A stretch of 39,351 bases of DNA, taken from Nemertoderma westbladi (Eukaryota; Animalia; Xenacoelomorpha). The notes beneath the pieces were generated by a model. It searched no databases. It was not told the DNA's origin and saw only the letters and a list, made by a program, of their open reading frames with translations. The first letter of the stretch is position 1. Each line of letters begins with the position of its first letter. Location of the stretch: the NCBI GenBank assembly GCA_032718475.1, contig JAUCBJ010006034.1:1-39351 (forward strand), read 5' to 3'. Position numbers and translations under genes: made by a program. This document shows positions 1-12,394 of this stretch, piece after piece.

Positions 1-2873
1 GCATTTATTCTATTTAATAAATACACACTATTCTGGAACAATTTGTTTATGTATGATTAGCTACGCAATATAGATATTGTATCGGCATGCCACTGTTGCC
101 AACCAACTCATATAATAAATAACACGTTCTAGAATTTTGTGTATTTATTAAATAGATTAAATGGCTTGCAGCGAACAATAATTCTTGGAATTCTTCTGAT
201 CTTTGTTCTGGCTAAACATAGATACTTCTATATTGAATTATATTATTATTATTAATATTTATTTTATTTTTTACCTTTATATAGCATTCCACGCTTTAAC
301 GTTCCCTCATAATAATTGAAACATTCATAGTTTAATTTAATATAATCCAAATAAATGGTGCGCTTTGACTAACTTTGTAAGGGTTTCCAATAATGTATTT
401 TGTAAAATAATTGTAATCGTAGTATTTTGGGTAATCCTCACAGAGTCTACGATTTTTATATTATAAAAATCTTGAGATTCAAGGATCCAAAATATGTAAA
501 ACATATGAATTTCGGACGAGATTTGGGAGTTCGAAAATTGTATGGTTAGCATCTGCGCGAGGCTGTTTTATTCGAATTAATAAGTTCATATAATTTTGGA
601 AGTATCTGGGCATAAATGCATGCAATACCTATACAATATAAAAAGTTCAATGAAAACTGGGAAACTTGAACAACAATAATCGATATAGTAAGCACTAGAC
701 CTACAGTAACAGTGTATGCTGTAGTGGGTTATGAAAGCATCCTTAAATTTATGATCGGAAATTAATCGGAATTTTACAATCATTGATTTTGTTTATAATC
801 GTAAAATTGCGTCGGTCGCAAATGTTTTATGCTTACGGCTCAATATATTCCTTAAGCTTAAAAGTAAGTAATAACTACCATTCTCAGATACAATTAAAGT
901 ATCGATAGCCAATTATAATGAATCTGTGATGTTTAGTTTGTGGATTCGGTTTCAATTGTTTCTCATCATTTTAAAGATCTTCGTTGTTTATATAATGTCC
1001 TATATTGTATAAATTGTTAAACTTCTGTAAATAAATACAACCGTAGGGTGCGTGATCCGGTCGATTAATAATAATAAGCGGTAAGTAAATAAAAAAAAAC
1101 TATTATTTAGCTACAATAATAGCATGATTAATTGATTAAGAGTCTAATGCCAACTCGAAAATTTTCAAAATAAATATAACTTTTTAAAATCAGCGGGATA
1201 TTTGTCTTTTTATTATTTACTTACCATTTATTATTATATAATGTCGTATATATAGTCGTTGTTTCTATATATATAATGTCGTATATATATTCATTGTTTG
1301 TTGCTACCGGACATCCGTTACAGACAGACACGCCGGCAGACGGACAATGTCTATTTGGCCCGAATTCAAATCGTGGCGACCCACGCAATACATAGCAAAT
1401 ATTATAAAAACTATATTCTAGAATGTTTGGAAATTCAATGTCATCAATAATTGTTGCAAATACATAAACTTTAGAAAGCCAATATTCTAAACAAAATTCG
1501 GATAGATTTACAGATATGCATCCTTGCAACGCCACCTTCCACTTTTCCATCAGTAAGCAATAAATCAAACACACGGGAGAATAATAACTACAGTTCTACT
1601 ATGAAATTCTGAATGACCCAGTAAAAATCAAGGAGGACAAATTAGGCGATATCTTAAAGATTTGTAAAAAAAAGTATGGGGGGGGGGTTGTATCTGGAAT
1701 TAAGACGCTTTTTACCATAGTATTTCTAGCAGCTATAAGCAACCGAGCAACACTAGCTAAGCTATAGTTCGGCTACAGTTGCAATAATTATAATTTATAT
1801 AATAATAATAATAAACCAGTTTCTATATCATTTAAACCTGGATGTATATAATATTAAAAAAGTAAATAAATATTTGAATTTGAATGACAGATATGGGATA
1901 TTAATACAATTCAGAAAAATGCACAAAAATACATCCTTCTTAAGCAACCCGTTCCAAGATTACTCCAAAACCAATAACGTAATCAAAATGCGTCACTGAA
2001 ATCAAATATCTCATAGATTCAATCATCCTGGTCTTAGGCAGTCAATCGGTAAACTCATCTATAATTTAAACATCCAACAAACATCCAGTCATAATCAATT
2101 AACTTTCTTAACCCGTTGACGTACTTAAATCGTATCAGATGAATCCCGCTGTACTTTCCTCTATGAATTTCGTGCAGTGGCACTCTGAGCGGCAGATGAT
2201 GAATGAAGGCAATCCCAGCGAACAATATATGATGGATCATCACAAAAGACTGGTCAGACCACAACTACATTATGATAACTAGCCAGCCAGCCCCTCCTAC
2301 CTATTCAACCATGCTAAATATAATTATTCCTTATGAATTATTTTCACATATAATTCACAGATGGCGTTGATTTAAGCACGCAATGACTGCAGGCTTCGCC
2401 AAAGTTCTAGGCTAATAAAGCCAGAAGTAGGTATGAACTTTAATTCTCGTGATTGAGTGATCTCAATCAATACTAATGAGTTAATACATTTTTTACATAA
2501 TTAACTAATAAGTATAATTAATTGATTGTTTAAAGCGTCATTAATAATGACACAAACAGGGCATATAACTGATAAAGTCGAAATTAAAACGACATTTCTA
2601 TTTGAATTAGTCAATTTTCTATTAAGCCACAATATTTCACTTTTACGCCACAAGTTTTAACATTTTCATTTTGATGTTTGTAAATCTATAACCAGCGTGA
2701 AATACAGTTCTACTTTTTCAAAATTGAACATTAATAACATTTAATAGAATAGAATAATATAATGAATTCTCAAAATGGTCAATATTTATTGAGAAAACGG
2801 TTTCCTTAAAAAAACGGACAAAGTGATTTAAGTTTTGAAGTAACCACTGACTGATAACTAATGAAGGTTATTA

Positions 2874-3427
2874 GGTTCTAGGACCACCCCCCCCCCCCCC
2901 CCCCCCAAACAGTTCCCCCCGTCAAAGCTAAAATTAATCTGCCATTAAATGCCATTTTTTTCAAAATTATAAAATAAAAATTTTTATATTCAAATTTTGT
3001 TTGTTTTGTCCGGGGGAAGTGCCCTATTGAACGGGGGGGGGGAACTGTCCGGGGGGAAGTGTCCTGGGGGAAGTGTCTGGGAGGAAAGTGTCCGGGGGGA
3101 AGTGTCCTATTGAACGTGGGGGAACTGTCCGGGGGGAAGTGTCCTGGGGGAAGTGTCTGGGAGGCAAGTATCCGGGGGAAGTGTCCTATTGAATGGGGGG
3201 GGGGAACTGTCCGGGGGGGAAGTGTCCTGGGGGAAGTGTCTGGGAGGCAAGTGTCCGGGAGGGTGTCCTATTGAACGTGGGGAACTGTCCGGGGGGAAGT
3301 GTCCTGGGGGAAGTGTCTGGGAGGCAAGTTCCCGGGGGGAAGTGTCCTATTGAATGGGGGGAACTGTCCGGGGGGAAGTGTCCGGGTTGAGGAGTGTCCG
3401 GAGGGAGGGGGGAAGTGTCTGGACACC
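2874..3427. repeat. G-rich minisatellite (about five ~80-bp units, 3008-3427), possibly inside a non-autonomous foldback/MITE-type element
   Basis: Units GTCCGGGGG(G)AAGTGTCCTATTGAA..GGAACTGTCCGGGGGGAAGTGTCCTGGGGGAAGTGTCTGGGAGGCAAGT start near 3008, 3090, 3170, 3253 and 3330, built from a ~14-bp GTCCGGGGGGAAGT subunit. ACAGTTCCCCCC at ~2909-2920 is the reverse complement of GGGGGGAACTGT. The ends GGTTCTAGGACCACCCC and GGGGAAGTGTCTGGACACC are imperfectly inverted. The repeat is certain; the element call is tentative. Confidence 0.75.
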
Positions 3428-3806
3428 GGATATTATTATTGTTTTACCCAAATCTGTTTTGCAACGTTATTATTCAGAATAATTGTTGCAACACAGTTAC
3501 ATTTTTATAGTTACGTTTTGGCATTTGGATTGGATCAAAATTGATTTTCATTTTCTTGCTGTGTTGATTTATCATATGTACTGTAGTACTGTAGAATGAT
3601 ATCTGCAAAATCCGATTACTTCAAAAATAAAACTCACTTTACACCTACAATTATGTCCCGCTATATATATAGTATCGTAATTCAGAATCCTCAATTACCT
3701 CAATTTACCAATGTAAAAAGTAATTTGAAATATTCTAGCACTGAGCGAAGGACACCATCTCCATGGTGTTTATTAGCTTCACATATTTTGGATATTTGCA
3801 ATTCCA

Positions 3807-4350
3807 ATACGATACGATACGATACGATACGATACGATACGATACGATACGATACGATACGATACGATACGATACGATACGATACGATACGATACGATAC
3901 GATACGATACGATACGATACGATACGATACGATACGATACGATACGATACGATACGATACGATACGATACGATACGATACGATACGATACGATACGATAC
4001 GATACGATACGATACGATACGATACGATACGATACGATACGATACGATACGATACGATACGATACGATACGATACGATACGATACGATACGATACGATAC
4101 GATACGATACGATACGATACGATACGATACGATACGATACGATACGATACGATACGATACGATACGATACGATACGATACGATACGATACGATACGATAC
4201 GATACGATACGATACGATACGATACGATACGATACGATACGATACGATACGATACGATACGATACGATACGATACGATACGATACGATACGATACGATAC
4301 GATACGATACGATACGATACGATACGATACTATACGATACGATACGATAC
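3807..4350. repeat. (GATAC)n pentanucleotide microsatellite
   Basis: 104 perfect GATAC units at 3811-4330, one TATAC variant at 4331-4335, three more units to 4350, then degenerate GATACGA motifs to ~4472. Confidence 0.99.
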
Positions 4351-5241
4351 GAAGCAATTTTTCACGATACGATACGATACGAATACAATTTTGGGAAAAT
4401 ACGATACGATATGCAAAATCCAAGATACGATACGAAATACGAAAAAGTTTCGCATTTTTGTCGTAGATCGTATTATATTTAAGAGTTGATAAAAATATAA
4501 GTATTGTGTGGAGAAAATATTTTATAAATCTAATAGGGAAATATGTTTTATTTCAATGTTCTAGTATCGTTGTTTACTGCAACAGTGCGGCAATATTGGC
4601 TACAACATCCATAAGGACGTTATGCACGGGGCCTAATAGTAGACCTTACGGAAGAATATATCAAATTAATTATAACATTGACCTACGGATTCAATGAGAA
4701 TTGTTATGGAAGTAGAAATCTAATATTTCTATCAAACACATGCTCGGTATTGTATCAGGGGATTGCCGCCTGTCAATATGTACACGTTCTCTGAACCCAG
4801 AGTTATACTGCCGTATTTGGGCGAATACGACAAGCTACTGTACTATACAGTACGTTTGTTGTGGTTAGTGACGGGTTGTTAGTATCTCATGCAAAATAAA
4901 TGTAGGACTTTGTAATTATTTTGCGAATATTGGGACCATGCATTTTCTAACTCACAGGTTTCGTTGCATTGCTTGGATCAAACTTATCTCAAACACTCAA
5001 ACTGATCAAAGGTCACTTTCCAGCGTTAAAGACCCTTGTTTATTTATGAAAACCTCCCTCGCTGCGCTCGCTCGGTACATAAATAAGCTGCAAAGTGCTA
5101 CTTTGCGCACAATGATGTAAATAGTTATTATTCTCTCACTGGAATGCCTTATCATAACATTAACATAACATAACATAGCATTGTAGGCGCTATTAGAGTT
5201 TTCCTCACAAGTTTATTTAATCTGTTATTAGAGTATATTAA

Positions 5242-5376
5242 AATACGATACGAAACACGAAAAATATTTATTCGTATTATACGATACGAAGTTAATTTTT
5301 ATGATACGATACGAAGAAAATAATAGGATACGAAATACGAAAATTCGTTTTCGTATCGTATCGTATCCTGTCCCTG
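5242..5376. mobile_element. Probable terminus of a non-autonomous DNA transposon with GATAC subterminal repeats
   Basis: Scattered ATACGATACGA motifs, GATACGAAATACGAAAA shared with ~4429-4445, then inverted TCGTATCGTATCGTATCCTGTCCCTG (reverse complement CAGGGACAGGATACGATACGATACGA). No matching opposite terminus was found in the window. Confidence 0.4.
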
Positions 5377-5731
5377 CTTTGAAGTCACCAATATTTCAGG
5401 GAGGAGGGCCCCACAATCACTCCCAAGGATACATACCTTCACTATTACATCGGGACCTTTTCTTTATGTGGTATGCACCTGGCTAGGCAACGTCACAAAC
5501 TCACAATGACTTGGCAGCGAATCGAAACAGAGAAAGGGGCCTCCCTTTATCGGGGGGAATAATACGTAATACGTAGGAGTAATATAAGTAATTTGATTTT
5601 CGCTGCCTTATTCTTTACTGTAGAGAAAGAGTGTTATAAAAGAAATTGAAAACTGCTATATATTTTTACTGCTTCCATAGTTACACAACGATTCCGATTA
5701 TTGTACTATTCAACTCCCGATGCCTGACTTA

Positions 5732-6530
5732 AGTCCTGTTTACACGTGGCAAATTTACCAGCAACTTCACCAGCAACTTGGCCGGCAACTTTTAGAGCAA
5801 CTTGGCAGTTTTTACTGTAAAATAGTCAATAGTGGGTACTGGTTCAGTGTTCATCCACCCCTCACCAAATTTTAGCTACTAGCTAGTTTTTGATAATTTC
5901 TTTTTTTTTTAATTTAGTCATTTTCTTTTTAAAAAATTAATGTTCTAGAACAAATATTTTTTGTTCTAGAAAACTTTTTAGACAAAGGCCTGGTTTGTAT
6001 TTAAAAATCATGTGATGGATATAATACGTGTATAAAATGAATAAAACATATTTTTTTTTAATTTGAAATTTTTCAATTAAATCATCATGATAGCTAGTAA
6101 AATTTATGGCAACTAATAAATAATAAAAGCAATGATAAAAGTAATTTTCACAATAATTTTTTTTTCAAATTTTCAATTTTTATTGTTTCACTAGCTAATA
6201 AAAAGTACTAGCTAACACAAAATCAAAATTTCAAGCTACAATCTTACTGTCAAAAGGTCAAATGTTTGTTCTAGAACAAAACCACAATAATAAAAGCTAT
6301 TTTTCACAAGAAAAAAGTGGACTTCTGGATTTGTCTCACAAAAAACCGCTTTATCTAATACTGTTTAATTTAATTTGATTATCCAGCTTTAATTCGCCCA
6401 CGCAAATTCCTTCAAGTTGCCTTAAAATTTGAGCAACTTTTACGGCAACTTTTTTTCAGCAACTTAGGTGTTTACACGGAGTAACTTGATTTTTCCTATC
6501 AAGTTGATTTTGCCACGTGTAAACAGGCCT
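5732..6530. mobile_element. MITE, PIF/Harbinger (Tourist)-like, copy A (799 bp)
   Basis: TIRs AGTCCTGTTTACACGTGGCAAA (5732) and TTTGCCACGTGTAAACAGGCCT (ends 6530), one mismatch. Flanked by TTA at 5729-5731 and 6531-6533; a 3-bp TWA TSD is characteristic of PIF/Harbinger. GCAACT subterminal repeats; AT-rich non-coding interior. Confidence 0.85.
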
Positions 6531-7331
6531 TTACTATGATTTAAAGTTCTGGAATATTTATGACGTAAGTAGAGAGCACCTCAACAGAAAAGCGTAAATT
6601 GAGTGTGTGATGTTTAAATTTCGATTAATGTATGAAAATTTGAGAATTTGCACCAATTCCTTATTTTAGATTTTAAAGAATAATTCAATCCCATTGATTT
6701 TTTACCCTAAAAAAATGATGTCCTTTTTCTCCCGATGGTATTCGGTTCAAAAGCTAACAATTCCATCAATGTAATGTGATCAAGTAAGTACCGAGTACTG
6801 TAGGTAGGTAGTGGCGAAACGGTGCAAATTAATTTATCTTTAATGAAAATTAAATCCCAAAATCTTTCACTCCGACAAATGAACTTGGTCTATGATGGAA
6901 CATCGAAACTGCTCTGCCAAGGGCCAAAACTTATGTAATTTCATTAAACATGTATGTATGAATATGGGATTAAATACTAATATGGTGGGGGGGGGGGGGG
7001 GGGGGGGGCATTAAACAATCGAAAATTTATCCATACCATATATTTTTCAAATAATTCAAAATAAGTTATGAAATAAAAAATTCAGAAATATTTAATAACT
7101 AATTACATATTCGGTATTTTATTAATAAAATAAAATCAATGGGTATTTTCAATGTTCCTGCTGAAAGAGTTGACTAGGATGAAATGAATTCAAAGTCTCG
7201 CAAAGCTAAGAGTAGTGCTACAAAGGATATGTATCCAAAATGTAATTAGTTCTTAACGGTGGTTGCAACACGATTCAATTACTCACCTTACCTATTGTAC
7301 CAAATATACCAGTCAAACTGGGGTGGGGGTG

Positions 7332-9014
7332 CTACACCTGTGTGGCCTTTCTGCTCATATCCATATCGACAAGACTGATACAATTGGGGCGGGGGGTGGG
7401 AGGAGCATCTCCTATTGAACCGAGACGAGTGGGACGGTCGCTACCGGTGGAGTCCCGACGGAGCAGTTTGGTGCCGGGCGTGGGACTGGGCCCCCGATCC
7501 GGTAGGGACCCCCTCCGGGACAGCGTGGGAGAGTAGTCCCGCGCGGGCCGGGGGGAAACCTCGGTTGGCTCCTCTTCCGCCGCCGCCGTCTCGTACAACA
7601 AAAATATCGAGTTATCATTCTCGCTGTCCCGATGGTAAAAATAGTTAAAGTTGGAGACGATTACGGGTACTGGAAGCGCGATTGTGAGGACTCCTGCGAT
7701 GGCGCAAAGAGATCCAACTAGTTTGCCTGGGAAGGATTGAGGGAGGATGTCCCCGTAGCCCACTGTCGTCATAGTAACTACGGACCACCAGAAGGCGTGC
7801 GGAATACTCGGGAATTCCGAGTCCTTTGTATCCTGTTCGGCGAAATATACAGCGGAGGAGAAAAGGACAACGCCGATTGCGAGGAAGAATATGAGAAGTC
7901 CCAGTTCCCGCATGCTCGCCTTGAGCGTTCTACCGAGGATTTTGAGACCGTTTGAGTGCCGACTGAGTTTGAATACACGGAACACCCTCACCAACCTGAT
8001 TACGCGTAGGATCGCTAGTGAAGCCGCTTTTGGGTTAGTTTTTTCATCTTGGACTAACGCCGTTCCCACTGTGATAAAAAATGGTAGAATCGCGATTAAA
8101 TCGAAAATATTTGTAACGTTCTTCCAGAACTTGAGTTTACTCGGGCTAGCAATGAATCGCATTGTAATCTCTATGGTGAACCAAATAACGCAGACAAATT
8201 CTATTACAAAAAATACATCGTTAAAATTGAGGCCGTGATCGTCCAATAGGAGTGCCCTGTCACCTTCTTCGTTATGACTATCTGTGTCATTGTGTCCCCC
8301 TACATCTCCCTTTAGTGAAGGTAATGTCTCTAAGCAAAACGCCACTATTGATAAAAGTATCACAACTACGGATATTAAGGCCACAATACGCGCCAACATC
8401 GAACTCTCTGGGTACTCGAAAGCCAGCCAAATGTGTCGTAGGAGTTTATGAGTGGGAAGAGCTTCCTGTGTTTCTCGAAGGAACCCTTCATCCTCCCGAA
8501 ACTTTTCCATAACATCGGCACCCAAATCGTAGAAAAATATTTCCTTCGCGAAGACCTCGATGGGAACGCTGACCGGCCTTCTAAGTCTGCCGCCGCTCTG
8601 GTAGAAGTACAATATTGCATCGAAACTGGGCCGATTCCTGTCGAAAAAGTACTCGTTGCGTAGAGGATCGAAGTATTGCATTCTTTTTTTCGGGTTGCCA
8701 AGCAAAGTCGCTGGAAATCTATTTAATGTCTTTAAAAGCGTCTCAAATTTTAAACCGCTGATGTTAATAACAACCCTTTCGTTGGCGTCTGTAGGCGACA
8801 TCCGATTGAGCTGGGAATCCGCTGTGACCGGCTCCATTTCGGTTAATAATTTGGGCCAGGATCGATTGTTGGAGGCTGAATACTGATTGCTAAGTCCACA
8901 CATTGAGCCGCTATTCTGTTGACTCTCTCTATCAAACTGGCGAGATTTACCTGCCAGTCTTTGGTTATAGATATTCCCTTCAATCCCTTCCGTTGCCATG
9001 ACAACTTCCACCAT
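7332..9014 (-). CDS. KCNA: Voltage-gated potassium channel alpha subunit, Shaker/Kv1 (KCNA) family, 560 aa, uninterrupted coding region
   Basis: T1 domain ([14 protein letters not shown]...[27 protein letters not shown]), S1-S3, S4 [20 protein letters not shown]5, pore [17 protein letters not shown]6 with [17 protein letters not shown]-terminal TQV. ATG to TAG without introns. Confidence 0.98.
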   Translation of the reverse strand: MVEVVMATEGIEGNIYNQRLAGKSRQFDRESQQNSGSMCGLSNQYSASNNRSWPKLLTEMEPVTADSQLNRMSPTDANERVVINISGLKFETLLKTLNRFPATLLGNPKKRMQYFDPLRNEYFFDRNRPSFDAILYFYQSGGRLRRPVSVPIEVFAKEIFFYDLGADVMEKFREDEGFLRETQEALPTHKLLRHIWLAFEYPESSMLARIVALISVVVILLSIVAFCLETLPSLKGDVGGHNDTDSHNEEGDRALLLDDHGLNFNDVFFVIEFVCVIWFTIEITMRFIASPSKLKFWKNVTNIFDLIAILPFFITVGTALVQDEKTNPKAASLAILRVIRLVRVFRVFKLSRHSNGLKILGRTLKASMRELGLLIFFLAIGVVLFSSAVYFAEQDTKDSEFPSIPHAFWWSVVTMTTVGYGDILPQSFPGKLVGSLCAIAGVLTIALPVPVIVSNFNYFYHRDSENDNSIFLLYETAAAEEEPTEVSPRPARDYSPTLSRRGSLPDRGPSPTPGTKLLRRDSTGSDRPTRLGSIGDAPPTPRPNCISLVDMDMSRKATQV

Positions 9015-9734
9015 ATTCCCTGTACTCCCTCTGGAAGCTGATTGGTCAGCTGGGACAGGTAGACAGAATTTGCCAGGGGTCAGCTGCCACCCGGCTAGAA
9101 AATTCTGCCTATGAATCTTGAAAATGTTACAACTAACATGAAATCAGGTTTCACAATATCCAATACATATATAATAATTCATAACATTAAATTAACCAAT
9201 GAAGGAAATACACATTATATTTTATCCTAATTCAATTCTTAAATCTTAAAATAAGTATTTAAAAACAAAGTTACAATGTATCAAAATGAAAATTATTAAT
9301 TTAATTATTAAAACTACGACTTAATAAATACTTCCATATTATTGTGATCAAGACATAAATAAAAGAGTATTGGATGGCCGACTCAGCAACAGGCTGTTAG
9401 TATAAAGAAAGTAAAAGGAGATTACGGAAAGCGAGCTACTACTACGGTACCTCGTTCACTCACTGCGTGCCTATATTCCTATCATCTACCCTCAGTTGCC
9501 AGTCCAATCCTGCGGCAGCTCGAAGCCGCAGAGCGAACTTACATTTACAGCCTACACCGTCCATACGCATGCCACACATCCCTCCCATACACACACTACA
9601 CTGCCTGAGTTCGACGCAGGACTGGCTAGTTGCATCTGGCAGCAGGCGAATCTCTCGCCATTCTCAATGGATCATGTAGCGGTGAAGGGAGGAGGACTGC
9701 TCCCAATCCCCAATCCCCCCCCCCCCCCCCCCCC
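9015..9734 (-). promoter_or_regulatory. Putative 5' UTR, 5'-UTR intron and upstream non-coding exon/promoter region of the Kv1 gene
   Basis: GC-richer blocks at 9015-9110 and 9430-9740 are separated by a very AT-rich stretch. A minus-strand donor consensus GTGAGT lies at 9463-9458, and candidate acceptors (TTTTCTAG, TCATAG, TTTTCAAG) at ~9094-9124. Inference only. Confidence 0.3.
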
Positions 9735-11523
9735 ATCCGGATGAATGATGCTTGCCAATCCTCCTTCCCCATTCGCTCCCCCTGACTTATATATTATCAA
9801 CCGGAGGATTATTTGGCTGTCCATCCATGCCCCTCATCATGTATAATGCTACGTACATATGTCTTGTTCCTTGGGGTTTCCTGTTTTTCGTGTTGAGTTT
9901 GTGCTATTACTTTACTAGGGTGGAGCGTGCTGCATGGAAACCTCGGTGTTTCTTTTATCCTCACTGGTCCATTAACTAGGTTTAACACGCCCTATTCCTC
10001 CTTACATGTAGCTCGTATTGTGTCACACGTTTCCTTACCCATTCACTTTCCACGCCCATCCCTCAGTGCTTCTGAAACTCTGGCTTTTGACAGGAACATG
10101 AAACAGCCGATGTTTCTATTGTTCGGTGACGAGATTTACTCCGGTGGTCAGACGACGTGCGGCATCCGCCTATTTGATTAATTGTTACGGTAACGCTGGG
10201 GGATTTACAGATCAAAGGAAATCGATTCTCGAAATAAGGAGGTTATTCTTAAATTAATCAAGTGTTTATCACTTAGCCTTTGAGTGTTAAATGAATTAGC
10301 ATAGTGGACGCGAATGATTGAATGGGATTCTATAAGTTTTATCTAAGCCTTTTAAAATAGATTAGATGGGATAGATAAAATTACATGTCACTTTATATTA
10401 CAGTACATTATGTTGTATTGTTTTACATACATGTATTACTTGCCTTTGTTTGTTGTGCTATAATTTGATCAAAATATATTTTATTCTCTTATTATTAATA
10501 ATTAATCATATTATTAAAAAAAATAAAAATAAATTACATGCATTGCGAAGCAACAATTAATTATACCCGCATATATTTTTTATCAGATATTTTATAATTT
10601 TTAATTCTAGTATTTTGCCTCTTTCGGGTTGGATATAGTTTCAGCGTTGCGTGGCTTTCTGTAGAAATTTGCATTGAAAAAAATTATCTAATTATCTTTT
10701 GTGCGCTCTCTAATAGAATGTTTGACTACATGAAAAAAAAATTAAAAAAACAGATATTTTAAGTAATAAATAATGCAAAATAAAATAATAAAACCAAGAA
10801 AAACTTGTTTAAAGGTCGTTTAAGGTTTCATTCACCATTTAACTGAAAACATATGCGAAAATTGGTAATCCCCGTAACACTGGAATTATCAATCACCAAA
10901 TAAATTCGGGGTCCTCGTTGATTTATGGAAATGATTGATAACCACTAGCACCACCGGTCGTGATGTTACAATGTAATCTGGGACCTTCCGGTGATATCGG
11001 CACTCGTCCCTGATCCACCTGCTCTCTGTAGCGGTCAGATATAGGCCTACTGATATATAAACAAAGGGCAAATCGGGAAAACTGAACACACAACTTTGGA
11101 ACATTAACGGATAATTTTAATATTATAATACCTCAGCACATATCGTACTTTCACAACCCTCACCCCTCCGCAGCTCTTCGATAATATTGTAGTAAGCTAA
11201 AACTTTTGAGATAAAAACTACAATTTTTTTTGGCCAATTTTTCATTCTATTCCAAAATCAGAGATTCGGCGGGTGGTGGACCTAGACGGAATCCTGATAC
11301 AAATGAAACGCACAATTTGCCCATGAAAAAAGTATTTTCCTATAAAAAAAATTGTATATCTTTATTTCCGTTTCCGAGAAAGATGTTGAATGTCAATTTC
11401 GCAAAATCCCCCATGATGCCAGATAAAAACCACTCACTAAAAACCTGACATCAATCAATAAAGATATAAATCATTTTCGTATTTTACAAATAATATTGCC
11501 TAAGTGATTGTTATATTCATCCT

Positions 11524-11570
11524 ACAATTAATCGATTAACAAATTAATCGATTAACAAATTAATCGATTA
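11524..11570. repeat. 16-bp tandem repeat x3 with a palindromic core
   Basis: CAAATTAATCGATTAA-type unit repeated three times (first and last slightly shortened); the core TTAATCGATTAA is self-complementary. Confidence 0.9.
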
Positions 11571-12070
11571 CCTAGGTATAAATTAAAATAAAATATAAAT
11601 GTCAACATTTGGGAGTAAAGATTAAATGTATAAATGTAAGAAACATGGGGTAATTGGTTGCGAGCATCACCATTTAAATTAATTTACTTCAAATAGTTTA
11701 ACGGGAACTCCTGAGAAAGAATTAATAATAACTTATGTCTAGGGAAGTTCTTTCCATAAATAGGCCTACTGTAGCTGTAGGCCTGCGTCACATAATAAAA
11801 TCGAAGTTGATAATAGGATTGTCTCTCTCAGTCTCGTATGTCTGCGAACATCAAATCAGTGATAATTAGCGTAGAGATTGACTTTTAGAGATATGGAAGC
11901 TTTGGGACGCAATTCAATGTCTTGCCGTTTTTGATAGATAAGGTGTTCCGAACAACCAATATAATGAACATGAATTAAGGAATGTCACATATAAAGGAAA
12001 AAAATGAGTAAATCTTTAGGAATAAATTTAACGATAAGGAATTTTAAGCGTGCCGGTGCCACCATGACCT

Positions 12071-12348
12071 GGGGGGGGGGGGGGGGGGGGGGGGGGGGTC
12101 GACTCAAATATTACTCCTAAAATATAATACTACAATACAACCTATCCACTCTAATTTGCTGTTTTGGTTAGACTCTGTAACCAGCTCCCATCCGTTAATT
12201 GATATTTTAACATTGAGACGATATATTAGTTTGCCTAGCACGGGGTATGCCCCCCCCCCCCCCCCCCCCCCCCCTCCCCAGCGCCCCCTCCCCACCCGCC
12301 CCCTCCCCACCGTCCCCTCCCCACCGTCCTAGCATCCCCCCCCCCCCC
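12071..12348. repeat. G28 homopolymer followed by C25 homopolymer and C-rich low-complexity tract
   Basis: G run 12071-12098, C run 12250-12274, CCCCTCCCCA repeats and a further C run to 12348. Confidence 0.9.
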
Positions 12349-12394
12349 CGGCTCCCGCTGGTTGATAATAAACTATATATGGTGGGTGAAGTAA

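Noticed and set aside
337-2264. Short minus-strand ORFs and a small local duplication (TATATAATGTCGTATATAT at ~1235 and ~1270)
   Set aside because: No recognisable domains in AT-rich DNA. Small spliced exons or a decayed repeat cannot be excluded, but I cannot support them from the sequence.
3059-3544. Gly/Cys-rich ORFs (GGKCPGG)
   Set aside because: Overlapping frames of the G-rich minisatellite; variable G-run lengths break the frame between units.
3596-4489. ORFs encoding (YDTIR)n or (IVSYR)n
   Set aside because: Translations of the stop-free (GATAC)n microsatellite, open in several frames on both strands.
7342-8886. Short ORFs overlapping or antisense to the Kv1 CDS
   Set aside because: Shadow frames of a GC-rich coding region with no recognisable motifs.
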